Positions 17,442 through 28,094 of a DNA stretch of 64,000 bases are shown here, piece by piece. Position numbers and translations under genes: made by a program. Source of the DNA: an uncultured Planctomycetales bacterium (lineage in GTDB: Bacteria; Omnitrophota; Gorgyraeia; Zapsychrales; Aceulaceae); contig CAZYOA010000004.1 in assembly GCA_964648665.1 (NCBI GenBank), positions 52,894 through 116,893 on the forward strand, read 5' to 3'. Every line of letters starts with the position of its first letter. Position 1 is the first letter of the stretch. The notes beneath the pieces were generated by a model. That model was not told the origin of the DNA, did not search any database, and worked only from the letters and a program-made list of their open reading frames with translations.

Positions 17442-18938
17442 ATGAAATTGAACAAAAGATCTAGTGGTATTTTGCTTCACATTACGTCGCTGCCGTCACT
17501 TTATGGGATAGGGGATCTTGGTTCAGGTGCGTATCAATTTGTTGATTTTCTTAAAGAAAGCAAACAAGCATATTGGCAAATTCTTCCTTTGAATCCAACA
17601 GACATTGCTCTTGCTAATTCTCCGTATAGTAGTTGTTCGGCTTTTGCTGGGAATGTTCTTTTGATTAGTCCTGAATTTCTTGTTCGAGATGGATTTCTTA
17701 AAAAAGAGGATATTCCTCTAAAGGATTTCTCAAGCGATTCAGTTGATTATTTTTCCGTTGCCATGCATAAGGTTGATGTTCTTTATAAAGCTTTTCAGAA
17801 TGTAAAGAAAGAAATTTCTTCTGATAAAAAGTTCTTAGATTTTTGTTCTAAGAATAAATCTTGGCTCGATGATTATGGGCTTTTTATTGCTCTTAAAGAA
17901 AAATTTGAAGGAGCGGGATGGTGTCAATGGCCTGATGATATCCGTCAAAGAGATCCTCGGGTGATTGAAAAGTATCGAGCGAAATTAAGTGAGTCGATTT
18001 TAAGAGAAACTTTTTTTCAATATCTTTTTTATTCTCAATGGAAAGAGTTAAAGAAATATTGTAATAAAAAAGAAATTCAAATCATCGGAGATGTTCCTAT
18101 TTATGTTCAACACGATAGCGCTGATGTTTGGGCAAATAAGAAATTCTTTAAGCTTGATAAAAATGGAGAATGTAAATTTTTAGCGGGAGTTCCGCCAGAT
18201 TACTTTAGTGAGACAGGGCAGCTCTGGGGAAATCCTGTATATTGTTGGGATGCCTTAAAATTAGATGGATATGATTGGTGGAAAAAACGATTAAAACATA
18301 ATTTTGAATGTTTTGATTTGGTGCGCATTGATCACTTCAGAGGCTTTGTTGCCTTTTGGGAAGTTCCCAAAGGAGAAAAGACGGCAATTAAGGGAGCGTG
18401 GTCTAAGGTTAATGTATATGACTTTTTTGATGAATTATTAGATTATTTTGAAGATTTTCCAATTATTGCTGAAGATTTAGGTGTGATTACCGATGATGTT
18501 AAGCAAGTTATCAAGAGATATCGTTTTCCGGGAATGAAAATCTTGCAATTTGCTTTTGATGGGAAACAAGATAACCCATATTTGCCTAAAAATCATATAA
18601 AGAATTGTATTGCTTATACAGGAACGCACGATAACAATACAACTAAAGGTTGGTTTCGCCAGGAAGCCAATAATGAAATAAAACAACAGATTTGTGATCT
18701 TGGTGGTCAAAAGGTTGCAGAAGAAAATATTTCTGAAATTTTTATGAATTTAGCTATGAATTCAGTTGCTAATACTGTTATTTTTCCTCTTCAAGATGTC
18801 TTGAATTTAGATGAATCTGCTCGAATGAATCAACCTTCGACTATAAAAGCTAACTGGCAGTGGCGTTTCACTTTTTCAACTATTACTCCTCTTTTAAAGA
18901 AAAAACTCTCCAGTTCTTGTTCTGCCTGTCATCGATAA
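17442..18938 (+). CDS. malQ: 4-alpha-glucanotransferase (amylomaltase, GH77)
   Basis: MKLNKRSSGILLHITSLPS...GIGDLG is the typical MalQ N-terminus. It starts 1 nt after the GH57 stop. Confidence 0.9.
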   Translation: MKLNKRSSGILLHITSLPSLYGIGDLGSGAYQFVDFLKESKQAYWQILPLNPTDIALANSPYSSCSAFAGNVLLISPEFLVRDGFLKKEDIPLKDFSSDSVDYFSVAMHKVDVLYKAFQNVKKEISSDKKFLDFCSKNKSWLDDYGLFIALKEKFEGAGWCQWPDDIRQRDPRVIEKYRAKLSESILRETFFQYLFYSQWKELKKYCNKKEIQIIGDVPIYVQHDSADVWANKKFFKLDKNGECKFLAGVPPDYFSETGQLWGNPVYCWDALKLDGYDWWKKRLKHNFECFDLVRIDHFRGFVAFWEVPKGEKTAIKGAWSKVNVYDFFDELLDYFEDFPIIAEDLGVITDDVKQVIKRYRFPGMKILQFAFDGKQDNPYLPKNHIKNCIAYTGTHDNNTTKGWFRQEANNEIKQQICDLGGQKVAEENISEIFMNLAMNSVANTVIFPLQDVLNLDESARMNQPSTIKANWQWRFTFSTITPLLKKKLSSSCSACHR

Positions 18939-18987
18939 ATTTTTTATAGATTATATTTATTAATATTTATATTTAATTAATTATAAG

Positions 18988-19015
18988 TTGAAAACATTGC
19001 TTTTCACGGTACAAT
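18988..19015 (+). promoter_or_regulatory. candidate sigma70 promoter for the chemosensory cluster (TTGAAA - 16 nt - TACAAT)
   Basis: The -35 is ttgaaa (18988-18993) and the -10 is tacaat (19010-19015). It lies about 20 nt upstream of the RBS aaggag and the ATG at 19035. Confidence 0.45.
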
Positions 19016-19034
19016 AAAACACAAGGAGCGTATT

Positions 19035-19409
19035 ATGTATAAAATTCTTTTTGTTGAAGATGACGTCGATTTTTTAGCGGTTATGCAAAAACGATTAACC
19101 GAACAAGGATATCAAGTTCTTGCTGTTTCTGATTGTTTTAGTGCTACTCAGCTTGCTCATAGCGAGAAGCTGGATGTTATTATTTTAGATTTAAAAATTC
19201 CAGGTGGTGGAGGAGTTAATACGCTTAAGAATTTGAAAATTTCTGTTCATACAAGCGGCATTCCGGTTATTATTTCAACAGCGTCAGATGATCCAGAAGA
19301 AAAAAAGGTTGTTTTAGCTCAAAATCCATCGGCTTATTTAGAAAAACCATACGATTCTGAACTTTTAATAAAAACCATTGAAGAGATAATGTCAAATAAG
19401 CATGAGTAA
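19035..19409 (+). CDS. stand-alone response regulator receiver (CheY-like)
   Basis: It has the full REC residue set: DD (FVEDDVD), D (IILDLKIP), S/T (ISTAS) and K (LEKPY). It overlaps the next gene by 8 nt. Confidence 0.85.
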   Translation: MYKILFVEDDVDFLAVMQKRLTEQGYQVLAVSDCFSATQLAHSEKLDVIILDLKIPGGGGVNTLKNLKISVHTSGIPVIISTASDDPEEKKVVLAQNPSAYLEKPYDSELLIKTIEEIMSNKHE

Positions 19410-21555
19410 GCTTTTAGATGCCTTAACTGAGAGAAATTTAGTTACTTACGAGCAAATTAAAGATGCTCGAATTAAGCAAGTAGGGGCTAAAAAATCGATT
19501 TCTGAGCTTTTAGTAGACATGGATTTTGTTCAGGAAGAAGATTTAGCTCGCGTTGCTTCTGATGTTTTTGGCCTTCCTGTTTGTAATCTTTCCCAAGAAG
19601 AAATTGATCCTGAAGCTATAAAAAAACTTCCTTTTGAAAAAGTTAAACGTTATGGCGTTTTTCCTTTTCGCATTGAAGATGGTCAGCTTTTGCTTGCCAT
19701 GTGTGATCCTCAAGATTTTGTTGCTTTAGAAGATATTAGTGCTATTTGCGGAATGGGCACAAGACCTGTTTTAGCAAAAAAGAGTGATATTGAAAGTCAT
19801 ATTGAAAAACATTATCTTTTGGATGATTTGACGTATGATTTGATTAAGAATATGACCGAAGATATTAAGATTGAAGTTGTTCAAAAAGATTCAGAAAAAG
19901 AAATATTTCAGGATGAATACTTTATTGGGCAAAAGTCTCCTATTGTCAGACTTTGTAATTTAATTGTTTCGGATGCGGTTAAGGCGAGAGCTAGCGATAT
20001 TCACATTGAGCCATACGAAAAAATTGTAGAGGTGCGCTATCGCGTTGATGGATATTTAAAAAATATTATGAAAATTCCTAAAAGGTTGCATCCTCCTTTG
20101 GCAGTGCGTATCAAGATTTTAACGGACCTTGATATTGCAGAAACACGAAAACCTCAAGACGGAAGAAGTAGTATTCTAATTGAAGGACGCAAGGTTGATT
20201 TACGCGTTTCTACAATTCCAACGTTTCATGGGGAAAAGATTGTTATTCGTCTTCTTGATCAAAAAAAATCGAGGGTTGAATTAGATAGTATTGGCTTTGA
20301 ATCTCAAAATTTAGAAATATTTAAAGAAGCTATTAATAGGCCTCAGGGCATTATTTTGATTACTGGCCCGACGGGAAGTGGTAAAACTTCGACATTGTAT
20401 GCAGCTCTTAATAATATTAAGAATGAAACAAAGAACATTGTTACGATTGAAGATCCTGTTGAGTATTTGATTCAAGGCGTTAATCAAATTCAAGTTAATC
20501 CTGTCAAAAATGTTACTTTTTCAACCGGATTAAAAAGTATTCTGCGTCAAGATCCAAATGTTATTTTGGTTGGAGAAATTCGTGACAAGGAAACAGCAGA
20601 TATTGCTTTTCGCGCATCTTTAACAGGGCATTTGGTTTTTTCTACTTTGCATACAAATAATGCGCTTTCAACAGTTGTTCGTCTTTACGATATTGGTCTT
20701 GAGCCGTATTTGGTTGGATCTTCTGTCATTTTAATTGTTGCACAGAGATTAGTTCGTTTGATTTGTAAGAATTGTAAGAAAGAGTATGAGCCTGGTGAAA
20801 AAGAAAACGAACGATTCGGGGCTTTTATCAAAAGACATGATATTAAGAAATTGTATCGCGCAGAAGGATGTGAGCATTGTAACTATATGGGTTTTTCTGG
20901 GCAAACTGCTATTTTTGAAATTATGCAGATTGATGCAAAAGTTAAGAATTTAATATCTCAAAAAGCTTCACAGGCTGATCTTTGGGAAGTTGTAAGGCAA
21001 AACGGTCTTCAAACTTTAGCTGAGGCAGGTGTTCAGAAAATTATTGATGGATTGACAACAATTGAAGAAATTGAACGTGTTTGTCAGCTTTCATCTGAGC
21101 AAACTTTAACAGAAGCGAGCAATCAAAAGAAAGCTTCTAAAGTTCCAGGTAGTATTTCAAGGGAACTTCATAAGCAAGTAAATAAAAAATTTCGTATTCT
21201 TATTGTTGATGACGAACCAGATATTCGAGAAGTGTTAAAAATGCGTCTCACTGTCGAGGGATATACTGTTTTAGAGGCAGAGGATGGTTCGGAAGGTGTC
21301 AAGCGGACATGTCAAGAAAAGCCAGATTTGGTTATTATGGATATTATGATGCCTGTTATGAATGGCATTGAGGCAACAAAGAAAATACGTGATAATCTTG
21401 AGATTGCAGCAACACCTGTTGTTATGTTGACGGCAAAAGCGACTAAAGAAGATGAGCTTCAGGGACTTGATGCTGGAGCTGACGATTATCTGAGTAAGCC
21501 TTTTGATGAAGATAAGCTTTTAGCAAGAATTCGAATGCTTCTTCGAAGAAGATAA
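19402..21555 (+). CDS. GspE/PilB-type secretion/assembly ATPase with N-terminal MshEN-like domain and C-terminal receiver (REC) domain
   Basis: The N-terminus has two tandem about 24-aa motifs resembling the c-di-GMP-binding MshEN motif (KLLDALTERNLVTYEQIKDARIKQ and SISELLVDMDFVQEEDLARVASDV). Walker A GPTGSGKTS, Asp box VTIEDPVEY, Walker B ILVGEIRD and His box HLVFSTLHTN are present. A tetracysteine motif (CKNC...CEHC) is also present. The C-terminal 120 aa form a complete REC (ILIVDDEPD, MDIMMP, LTAK, SKPF). Confidence 0.85.
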   Translation: MSKLLDALTERNLVTYEQIKDARIKQVGAKKSISELLVDMDFVQEEDLARVASDVFGLPVCNLSQEEIDPEAIKKLPFEKVKRYGVFPFRIEDGQLLLAMCDPQDFVALEDISAICGMGTRPVLAKKSDIESHIEKHYLLDDLTYDLIKNMTEDIKIEVVQKDSEKEIFQDEYFIGQKSPIVRLCNLIVSDAVKARASDIHIEPYEKIVEVRYRVDGYLKNIMKIPKRLHPPLAVRIKILTDLDIAETRKPQDGRSSILIEGRKVDLRVSTIPTFHGEKIVIRLLDQKKSRVELDSIGFESQNLEIFKEAINRPQGIILITGPTGSGKTSTLYAALNNIKNETKNIVTIEDPVEYLIQGVNQIQVNPVKNVTFSTGLKSILRQDPNVILVGEIRDKETADIAFRASLTGHLVFSTLHTNNALSTVVRLYDIGLEPYLVGSSVILIVAQRLVRLICKNCKKEYEPGEKENERFGAFIKRHDIKKLYRAEGCEHCNYMGFSGQTAIFEIMQIDAKVKNLISQKASQADLWEVVRQNGLQTLAEAGVQKIIDGLTTIEEIERVCQLSSEQTLTEASNQKKASKVPGSISRELHKQVNKKFRILIVDDEPDIREVLKMRLTVEGYTVLEAEDGSEGVKRTCQEKPDLVIMDIMMPVMNGIEATKKIRDNLEIAATPVVMLTAKATKEDELQGLDAGADDYLSKPFDEDKLLARIRMLLRRR

Positions 21556-21583
21556 ATTAAAAAAGAAAAGTAAAATAATTTTT

Positions 21584-23110
21584 ATGGCTTTTCCGCCAGA
21601 ATTAAGAATAAAATTTAAAGACCTCATTGCCCATCGAAGTGGTCTCTATTTTCGAGATCATGATTTAAGAAATTTAGAAAGCGCTATTGAGCAGAGAATT
21701 AAAGTAAAAAAATTTGATTCTTTCGCAACGTATTATTCCCATCTTATTGTATCTGATAAAAAAGATGATGAATTTCGTGAGCTTTTAAATCTATTAACAA
21801 TCAATCATACCTATTTCTTTAGAAATAAGCCTCATTTTATTACTCTTCGAGAAAAAGTTTTACCTGCAATCATAGAGAGAAAAAGACGAGAACATTTAAG
21901 GAATTCAGATCAACGTCTGCAGCTTCGTATTTGGAGCGCTGGATGCTCATCTGGAGAAGAGCCGTATTCGATTGCGATGACTATTGCTGATCTTATCGAC
22001 GATTTGGAGAATTGGGATATTAACGTGCTTGCAACGGATGCTTCTCAAACTGTTTTGGCAAAAGCACAAAAAGGTATTTATCAAGCCAGTTCTATGCGTC
22101 ATGTTGATGATGTGCGTTGTCAGAAATACTTTACTCAGAAGACGAATAATAAGGGTAAATGTGAATATGAAATTTCAAGCGATATTAAGAAAATGGTATC
22201 GTTTGGATTTTTTAATTTGATGGATGAAGATTACCCTATGGGATTTGATATTATTTTTTGCCGCAATGTTGTTATTTATTTTGAGCTTAAAACAACAATT
22301 GAAGTTATGAGTAAGTTTTACAATAGCCTTGTTGACGATGGATGCATGTTTATTGGTTATTCAGAGACGTTGCAGTTTATTAAAAATAAGTTTCAGATGG
22401 CAACATGGAAAGATGCGATTTATTATTTTAAGAATATTGACTCACAAAACATACCTTTGCAAGGTGAACAAGTAGGGGAAGAAAAAAAACCAGTTGATAT
22501 TGATAAGGTTTTAGGAGAAATTGCGCGCGCGGAAGCTTTGGCCAAGATGGAAAGTCAGCCAATAGCTGGAGAGGCACCTAAAAAGCTTGAAGATATTATT
22601 GTTGCGGTCACGAAACATCTTCATCTTAAAGAGTATGATCAGGGTCTTGATTTAATTACGCAAGGGAAAGCAATCGACGAGAAGTCAACGGATTTGTTTT
22701 ATTTGCAAGCAGAAATATTGATGAATCAGGGTAAAAGTGACGAGGCAAAAAATAGTTTAGAGGAAGCTCTAAAGCTAAACTCTCTTTTTATTCCTGCACA
22801 TTATTTAAATGGATGTATTTGTTTTGAAGAAGACCGATTTGAAGATGCTCAAGAAAGTCTTCGCAAAGCGCTTTTTCTAGATAATGATTTTTTGATCGCC
22901 CATTTCTATTTAGCTCAAGTGTTTAAGCAAGAAGATAAAGCTGATGATGCTATTCGTCAATACAGAAACACTTTAAAGTTGTTGTCATCAAAATCTTCAG
23001 ACACTATAATAGCCTACAGCGGCGGATTTAATGCGGCAACATTAATGAGTGTTTGTCGTGATAATTTGGAACGCCTAAAGTTTGGAATATTTACGGAGAA
23101 GGAAGAATAA
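21584..23110 (+). CDS. cheR: CheR-type chemotaxis methyltransferase with C-terminal TPR repeats
   Basis: CheR motifs are present (NHTYFFRN, IWSAGCSSGEEPYSIAM, FCRNVVIYF). The C-terminal about 150 aa are TPR-like. Confidence 0.85.
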   Translation: MAFPPELRIKFKDLIAHRSGLYFRDHDLRNLESAIEQRIKVKKFDSFATYYSHLIVSDKKDDEFRELLNLLTINHTYFFRNKPHFITLREKVLPAIIERKRREHLRNSDQRLQLRIWSAGCSSGEEPYSIAMTIADLIDDLENWDINVLATDASQTVLAKAQKGIYQASSMRHVDDVRCQKYFTQKTNNKGKCEYEISSDIKKMVSFGFFNLMDEDYPMGFDIIFCRNVVIYFELKTTIEVMSKFYNSLVDDGCMFIGYSETLQFIKNKFQMATWKDAIYYFKNIDSQNIPLQGEQVGEEKKPVDIDKVLGEIARAEALAKMESQPIAGEAPKKLEDIIVAVTKHLHLKEYDQGLDLITQGKAIDEKSTDLFYLQAEILMNQGKSDEAKNSLEEALKLNSLFIPAHYLNGCICFEEDRFEDAQESLRKALFLDNDFLIAHFYLAQVFKQEDKADDAIRQYRNTLKLLSSKSSDTIIAYSGGFNAATLMSVCRDNLERLKFGIFTEKEE

Positions 23111-23113
23111 GAA

Positions 23114-23596
23114 ATGAAAGCCATTGTTTTTGTTTTAGAAGAAAAATCGTATGCAATAAACATTTCTCAGATTTCAGAAGTTATCCGGATGAGAGAGATG
23201 ACGCCGATTCCAGATAGTGCGGATTTTGTTGAAGGCATTATTAGTCTCCATGGAAAAGTTATTCCAATTATAAATTTAAGAAAAAAGATTGGAATTGTGG
23301 CTCAACAAGGCACCACGCAGTGTCGCGTTATTGTTGTAAAAGTCAATAATCAGTTGATCGGAATTATTGTTGATAGCGTTTCTGATGTTGTTGCGTTTGA
23401 AGATGAATCCGTTGTTCCTCCCGACGATGTTTTAAAAGAAACTGTGTATTTAACAGGAGTTGTTAAGTCTGAATCAAAGATTATTTTGATTCTTGATATT
23501 GAAAAACTTTTAAGTGAAGATGCTCAGAGAAGCGCTGAAAAGATTCATAAGCATGTTGAGGTAAAAAGAAAGGCAAGCGTTGATGGAAAGCGATGA
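23114..23596 (+). CDS. cheW: CheW coupling protein
   Basis: A 160 aa CheW-like domain (YAINISQISEVIRM...GIINLRGKVIPIINLRKK). Confidence 0.8.
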   Translation: MKAIVFVLEEKSYAINISQISEVIRMREMTPIPDSADFVEGIISLHGKVIPIINLRKKIGIVAQQGTTQCRVIVVKVNNQLIGIIVDSVSDVVAFEDESVVPPDDVLKETVYLTGVVKSESKIILILDIEKLLSEDAQRSAEKIHKHVEVKRKASVDGKR

Positions 23597-24104
23597 AAAG
23601 ATTATCATTGAAGTTGATGATCAAGATTTATTAAATCAAGACGATAAAAAGCACACTATCCGAGTCTTAACATTTTGTCTTGGTGGCGAGAATTACTGTA
23701 TTGATATTAATCACGCCAAAGAAGTTGTCCGTTTGCCAGAAATAACAAAAGTGCCCAATGCCCCCGCCTTTATTGTGGGGATTATAAATTTAAGAGGTGA
23801 GGTCTTATCTGTTTTAGATATTCATTATTTCTTTGGATTAGAGAAAAAAGGAAAACCGCAGGATGCGCGTTTGATTGTTACAGATGTTGTTGGTGAATCT
23901 TTAGGAATCATGGTTGATAGAATCAAGGATGCGATTGATATTGATCAGCTATCAATTCAGCCGCCGCTGGCGACGCTAAAAGGGAACTTGTCAGCATATA
24001 CAAAAGGTCAGATACAGCTCGGCGATGAGATTTATATTCTTTTGGATATTTATAATATTTTAAATTGTGATGAAATAAAAAATTTGCGAAAAGGAAATAT
24101 TTAA
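23580..24104 (+). CDS. cheW: CheW coupling protein (second copy)
   Basis: A CheW-like domain (YCIDINHAKEVVRLPEITKVPNAPAFIVGIINLRGEVLSVLDI). It overlaps the first cheW. Confidence 0.8.
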   Translation: MMESDEKIIIEVDDQDLLNQDDKKHTIRVLTFCLGGENYCIDINHAKEVVRLPEITKVPNAPAFIVGIINLRGEVLSVLDIHYFFGLEKKGKPQDARLIVTDVVGESLGIMVDRIKDAIDIDQLSIQPPLATLKGNLSAYTKGQIQLGDEIYILLDIYNILNCDEIKNLRKGNI

Positions 24105-24138
24105 ATTTTAATATTTATTTAAAAAGGGGAGTAAAAAA

Positions 24139-25563
24139 ATGAAGAAAAAAGTTTTAATTGGGTTTATTTTTATTTTATTAATGGTACTGGTTCTTGGAAT
24201 TGTTTCACTTGTTAGCATTAATCATATTAATGAAAGCTGGGATGATGCCCAAAAAGAAGGTTCGGCTTTGGTAGATTTTAGTCAAGATTTTGCTCTTGCT
24301 TTTCAGCATTGTCGAACAGATGAAAAAGATTTTATTTTGCGACATGAGGCAAAAGGTTTTAAATTTTCTAAAGATAAGTACATCGAGGATCGATTTAAAA
24401 GCAGAGATGTTAAGGAAGCTAGAAAAGCTTTGCAAGAACTTAAAAATATTAAAGTAATAATAGAAGAGGAGTATCTTGAAAGGCTAAAAATTGAAAAGCT
24501 AGAAGAGTTATTTAATATTTATGTTTCGCAAGTATTAGCCATGGTTGATGGTTTAGAGAAATCTTTAGAAAATGAGCACGAAGATGGATCATTAGGAAAT
24601 AAAGATTCTAATTTTGCTCAAACTGCTGCATTAATAAAGCCTATCGTTAAAGAGATTTTAGAAGTAGGGCATGAAGATTACAAGCATCATGTTGCCGAAG
24701 CTCATGCTATTGAGGATTCTGCTACCTCTACAATCTACATATCGCTGTTTGTTGTTATGTTGCTGGGGGCGTTTGTTGTATTTTATATCCTTGGTGTTAT
24801 TAGCAGAGCTATTAAAACATTGACAGGTGTTGTTCAGCGAGTTACTTCTGCTTCAACCGAGATTTTAGCTGCTAGTCAGCAACAAACATCAGGAGCGCGA
24901 GAACAATCTTCGGCAGTTGCAGAGACGACATCCTCGGCTAAAGAGCTTTCAGCCACTTCTGAACAGGTTGGGGACAGTATTCGTCGCGTTTCTGAAGCGG
25001 CAGGTCATGCGTTAGCTGGTATGGCAAAGATTAAAGACTCTATTGGAAAGACAAGTGAAATGATTGCTTCTTTAGGAGAGAAGTCTCAGAAAATTGGAAA
25101 AATTACATCTCTTATTGATGATGTGGCAGATCAGACAAATTTGCTAGCAGTTAATGCTTCTATTGAGGCGGCTCGTGCTGGAGAGCAAGGGCGCGGATTT
25201 ACAGTTGTTGCTGATGAAATTCGAAAGTTATCAGATTCAACAGCAAAATCGACAACAGACATTACGTCTTTGATTGAAATTATTCAGCATGAAATGACAA
25301 ATTCCATTATGTCTATGGAGGGAAGTTTGCGTAGCGTTGATGATGAAGCAAAGCTTGCTCAGCAAACAGCAGAGCGGTCTAAGGAAATTGCAATGAGTGC
25401 AAATCAGCAAATTAGCGGATCAAAACAAATTTCTGAGGCCATGGGCAATATTGATGAGGCGATGAAGCAAATTGTTGCTGGTGCGCAACAAACACAGCAA
25501 GCGGTTAAAGATCTTTCTGCTTTGGGAGAAGAGCTTAATAAATTATCCAAAGAGCTTGAATAA
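24139..25563 (+). CDS. methyl-accepting chemotaxis protein
   Basis: It has an N-terminal TM, a roughly 170 aa sensor region and a second TM. An MCP signalling domain follows, including the highly conserved segment [33 protein letters not shown]. Confidence 0.85.
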   Translation: MKKKVLIGFIFILLMVLVLGIVSLVSINHINESWDDAQKEGSALVDFSQDFALAFQHCRTDEKDFILRHEAKGFKFSKDKYIEDRFKSRDVKEARKALQELKNIKVIIEEEYLERLKIEKLEELFNIYVSQVLAMVDGLEKSLENEHEDGSLGNKDSNFAQTAALIKPIVKEILEVGHEDYKHHVAEAHAIEDSATSTIYISLFVVMLLGAFVVFYILGVISRAIKTLTGVVQRVTSASTEILAASQQQTSGAREQSSAVAETTSSAKELSATSEQVGDSIRRVSEAAGHALAGMAKIKDSIGKTSEMIASLGEKSQKIGKITSLIDDVADQTNLLAVNASIEAARAGEQGRGFTVVADEIRKLSDSTAKSTTDITSLIEIIQHEMTNSIMSMEGSLRSVDDEAKLAQQTAERSKEIAMSANQQISGSKQISEAMGNIDEAMKQIVAGAQQTQQAVKDLSALGEELNKLSKELE

Positions 25564-25582
25564 ATATAAACAAGGAATTTAA

Positions 25583-27697
25583 GTGGCATTTGATAAAGCA
25601 AAATATTTAGAAGGCTTTAAAGCGGAAGTTAAAGAGCTTTTGCAAGATTTGAGTTTGGGGCTTTTAAAGCTGGAGAAAAAGCCGACAAACAAAAAGCTTC
25701 TTGAAAGCCTTATGCGTAAAGCACATACTATCAAGGGATCAGCGACGATGATGGGATATAAACGTATTGCAGACATATCTCACAACATGGAGGATGGGCT
25801 TGATCGTGCCTTACAAGGAGAGTTAAGTTTAAAGAAGAATCATTTTGATATATTGCTTAAATGTTTAGATGCGATTGATCCTCTTTTGGAGGATAAAGTA
25901 ACATGGCAGGACAAAGGCATTGATGCTTCTTTTGTTGAGAATATTTGTGCTGAGGCGAAGAGCGCTTTTTGTGAAGATGAAATTTCTGAAGAATCTAAAA
26001 AGAAAGAGTCAAAAGAAGAGCTTGCTAAGAAAGAAGAAATTGCTGAAGAAGATTGGAAAGAGGCGAAGACGGAAGATAGTATTCGAATTAATGTTAGCCA
26101 GTTAAATAAACTTGTTAATCTTTCTGGAGAAATGCTTGTTAGTAAAATCCGTTTAAAAGAGCTTGTTTCAGGGCTACAACAGAAAGTGTCAGAAGTTCCT
26201 GATATTGGAGAATCTTTTATTGAAATTAGCAAAGGATTGACTTCCCTCGGAGACACAATGGATTTCTTGACTTCTAATATGCAAGAAGAGGTTATGAAAT
26301 CTCGAATGATTCCAATATCGTATTTATTTAATACTTTTCCGAGAGCAATGCGTGATTTAGCGCGACAAAAAGGAAAAAATATTCAGCTTGAAATTAATGG
26401 ACAAAATACGTATTTGGATAAAACGATTGTTGATCAGGTTAAGGATCCTATCATGCATTTGTTGCGTAATGCCGTCGATCATGGTGTTGAGACGATAGAG
26501 AAAAGACAGGAAAAAGGAAAGCCAGAAGAAAGCAAGATTGCACTTTCAGCTTATCAAGAAGGATCTTTGGTTGTTATTGAAGTTTCTGACGATGGAAATG
26601 GTATCGATGTTGAAAAAGTAAAACAGCATGCTGTTAGCAAAGGGCTTGTTTCCGAAAGTCGTATTAATGATATGATCGATGACCAAGTGTATCAGTTGCT
26701 TTTTTCTCCAGGTTTTAGCACGGCAGAGGAAGTAACAGAAACGTCTGGGCGTGGCGTAGGATTAGACGTTGTTCGTGAAAATATTGTTCAGCTTAAAGGC
26801 ATGATTGAGGTTCAATCAGATCCAGGGAAAGGAACAAGGTTTATTATTAAGCTTCCTTTAACGCTTGCCATCACCGAAAGTCTTTTGGTTGCTGCGGGTA
26901 GCGATATGTTTGCAATTCCCATTGAATCTGTTGTTGAAACAATTCGAATTAAAACTGATGAGATTAAAACGATTGAAGCAAGAGATGTTGTTGTTGTTCG
27001 AGGGCATATTTTGCCTTTGGTTCGTATTTCAGATATTTTTGGTATTTCTCGAAAAGGAATTTTTGAAAAGAATTTTTCGCCTGTTGTTATTGTTCAATCT
27101 GTTGAAAAAAGAATTGCCATTTTAATTGATGATTTGATAGGCCGACAAGAAATTATTACAAAAGCGATTGGCGATCCTTTAAAGAATGTTCGCGATATCG
27201 CAGGAGCCACAATTTTAGGAAATGGAAAAGTTATTCTTATTTTAGATGTTCCATCGATTATTGATTCTGCTGAAGGGGTTATTGTTAAAAGACCAATTGC
27301 TGTGTTAAAGCCAGCTATTCAAGGGAAAAAGAAAAAGACAATTCTTTTAGCCGAGGATGTCTTGAGCACAGCGATGCTTGAAAAAAATATTCTAGAATCT
27401 TCAGGCTTTTCTGTTGTGATTGCACGTGATGGAAAAGAAGCTTTGGACCGCGCCGCTCAAGAAACGTTTGATCTTGTTATTTCTGATGTTTTGATGCCGC
27501 GAATGGATGGATTTGAACTTGCAACAAACTTAAGAAAAAGCAAGACACATAAGGGTGTTCCTATTATCATGGTAACAACGAGAGAAAAAGATGAAGATAA
27601 GCGCCGAGGTTTAGAGGCTGGGGCGAATGCCTATATTTTAAAGAAAGATTTTACATCAGAGATTTTATTAGAAACGATTGAACGATTGGTTGGATAG
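25583..27697 (+). CDS. cheA: CheA histidine kinase fused to C-terminal receiver (CheA-REC hybrid), GTG start
   Basis: It contains an Hpt domain (HTIKGSATMMGY), a dimerisation domain, a HATPase domain (HLLRNAVDHG...GRGVGLDVV) and a CheW-like domain. The C-terminal REC has the full residue set: D (LISDVLMP), T (MVTT) and K (LKKDF). Confidence 0.9.
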   Translation: MAFDKAKYLEGFKAEVKELLQDLSLGLLKLEKKPTNKKLLESLMRKAHTIKGSATMMGYKRIADISHNMEDGLDRALQGELSLKKNHFDILLKCLDAIDPLLEDKVTWQDKGIDASFVENICAEAKSAFCEDEISEESKKKESKEELAKKEEIAEEDWKEAKTEDSIRINVSQLNKLVNLSGEMLVSKIRLKELVSGLQQKVSEVPDIGESFIEISKGLTSLGDTMDFLTSNMQEEVMKSRMIPISYLFNTFPRAMRDLARQKGKNIQLEINGQNTYLDKTIVDQVKDPIMHLLRNAVDHGVETIEKRQEKGKPEESKIALSAYQEGSLVVIEVSDDGNGIDVEKVKQHAVSKGLVSESRINDMIDDQVYQLLFSPGFSTAEEVTETSGRGVGLDVVRENIVQLKGMIEVQSDPGKGTRFIIKLPLTLAITESLLVAAGSDMFAIPIESVVETIRIKTDEIKTIEARDVVVVRGHILPLVRISDIFGISRKGIFEKNFSPVVIVQSVEKRIAILIDDLIGRQEIITKAIGDPLKNVRDIAGATILGNGKVILILDVPSIIDSAEGVIVKRPIAVLKPAIQGKKKKTILLAEDVLSTAMLEKNILESSGFSVVIARDGKEALDRAAQETFDLVISDVLMPRMDGFELATNLRKSKTHKGVPIIMVTTREKDEDKRRGLEAGANAYILKKDFTSEILLETIERLVG

Positions 27698-27714
27698 CTG
27701 ATAAAGGAGTTTGC

Positions 27715-28089
27715 ATGGAAAAGAAAGTTTTAATCATAGAAGATTCAAAGACGGATGCGAATATTTTAGTAGATTTATTGCGAGAAGAAGGGTTGATTGC
27801 GGAAGTTGCCTCGACAGGGAAAAGAGGTCTTGAGCTTGCACAGGAAATGGTTCCAGATCTTGTTCTTCTTGATTTGATGCTTCCTGATATGTCTGGACTG
27901 GATATTTGTTCTGAGATTAAGAGTGATAATCGGCTCAAAAATACTATGGTTGTCGTTGTTAGCAGTCAAGATGATATTAAGGTTATTACGGAGGCTTTTC
28001 ATCGGCATGCCGATGATTATATTTTGAAACCACCTGTGCCAGAATTTTTAATTAAGAAAATAAAACTATATATTGGAAATCGAAATTAA
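27715..28089 (+). CDS. cheY: CheY-like response regulator
   Basis: It has a complete REC (LIIEDSKTD, LLDLMLP, VVSS, LKPP). Confidence 0.8.
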   Translation: MEKKVLIIEDSKTDANILVDLLREEGLIAEVASTGKRGLELAQEMVPDLVLLDLMLPDMSGLDICSEIKSDNRLKNTMVVVVSSQDDIKVITEAFHRHADDYILKPPVPEFLIKKIKLYIGNRN

Positions 28090-28094
28090 TAAAA

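Noticed and set aside
25840-26256. A 138-aa antisense ORF lies inside cheA, along with other antisense or overlapping ORFs from the six-frame track (for example 1210-1518, 12041-12334, 14687-15046, 39592-40005, 52690-52902).
   Set aside because: These are fully embedded in strongly supported genes on the opposite strand or in another frame. Their low-complexity, S/L/F-rich composition is typical of spurious ORFs in AT-rich DNA.
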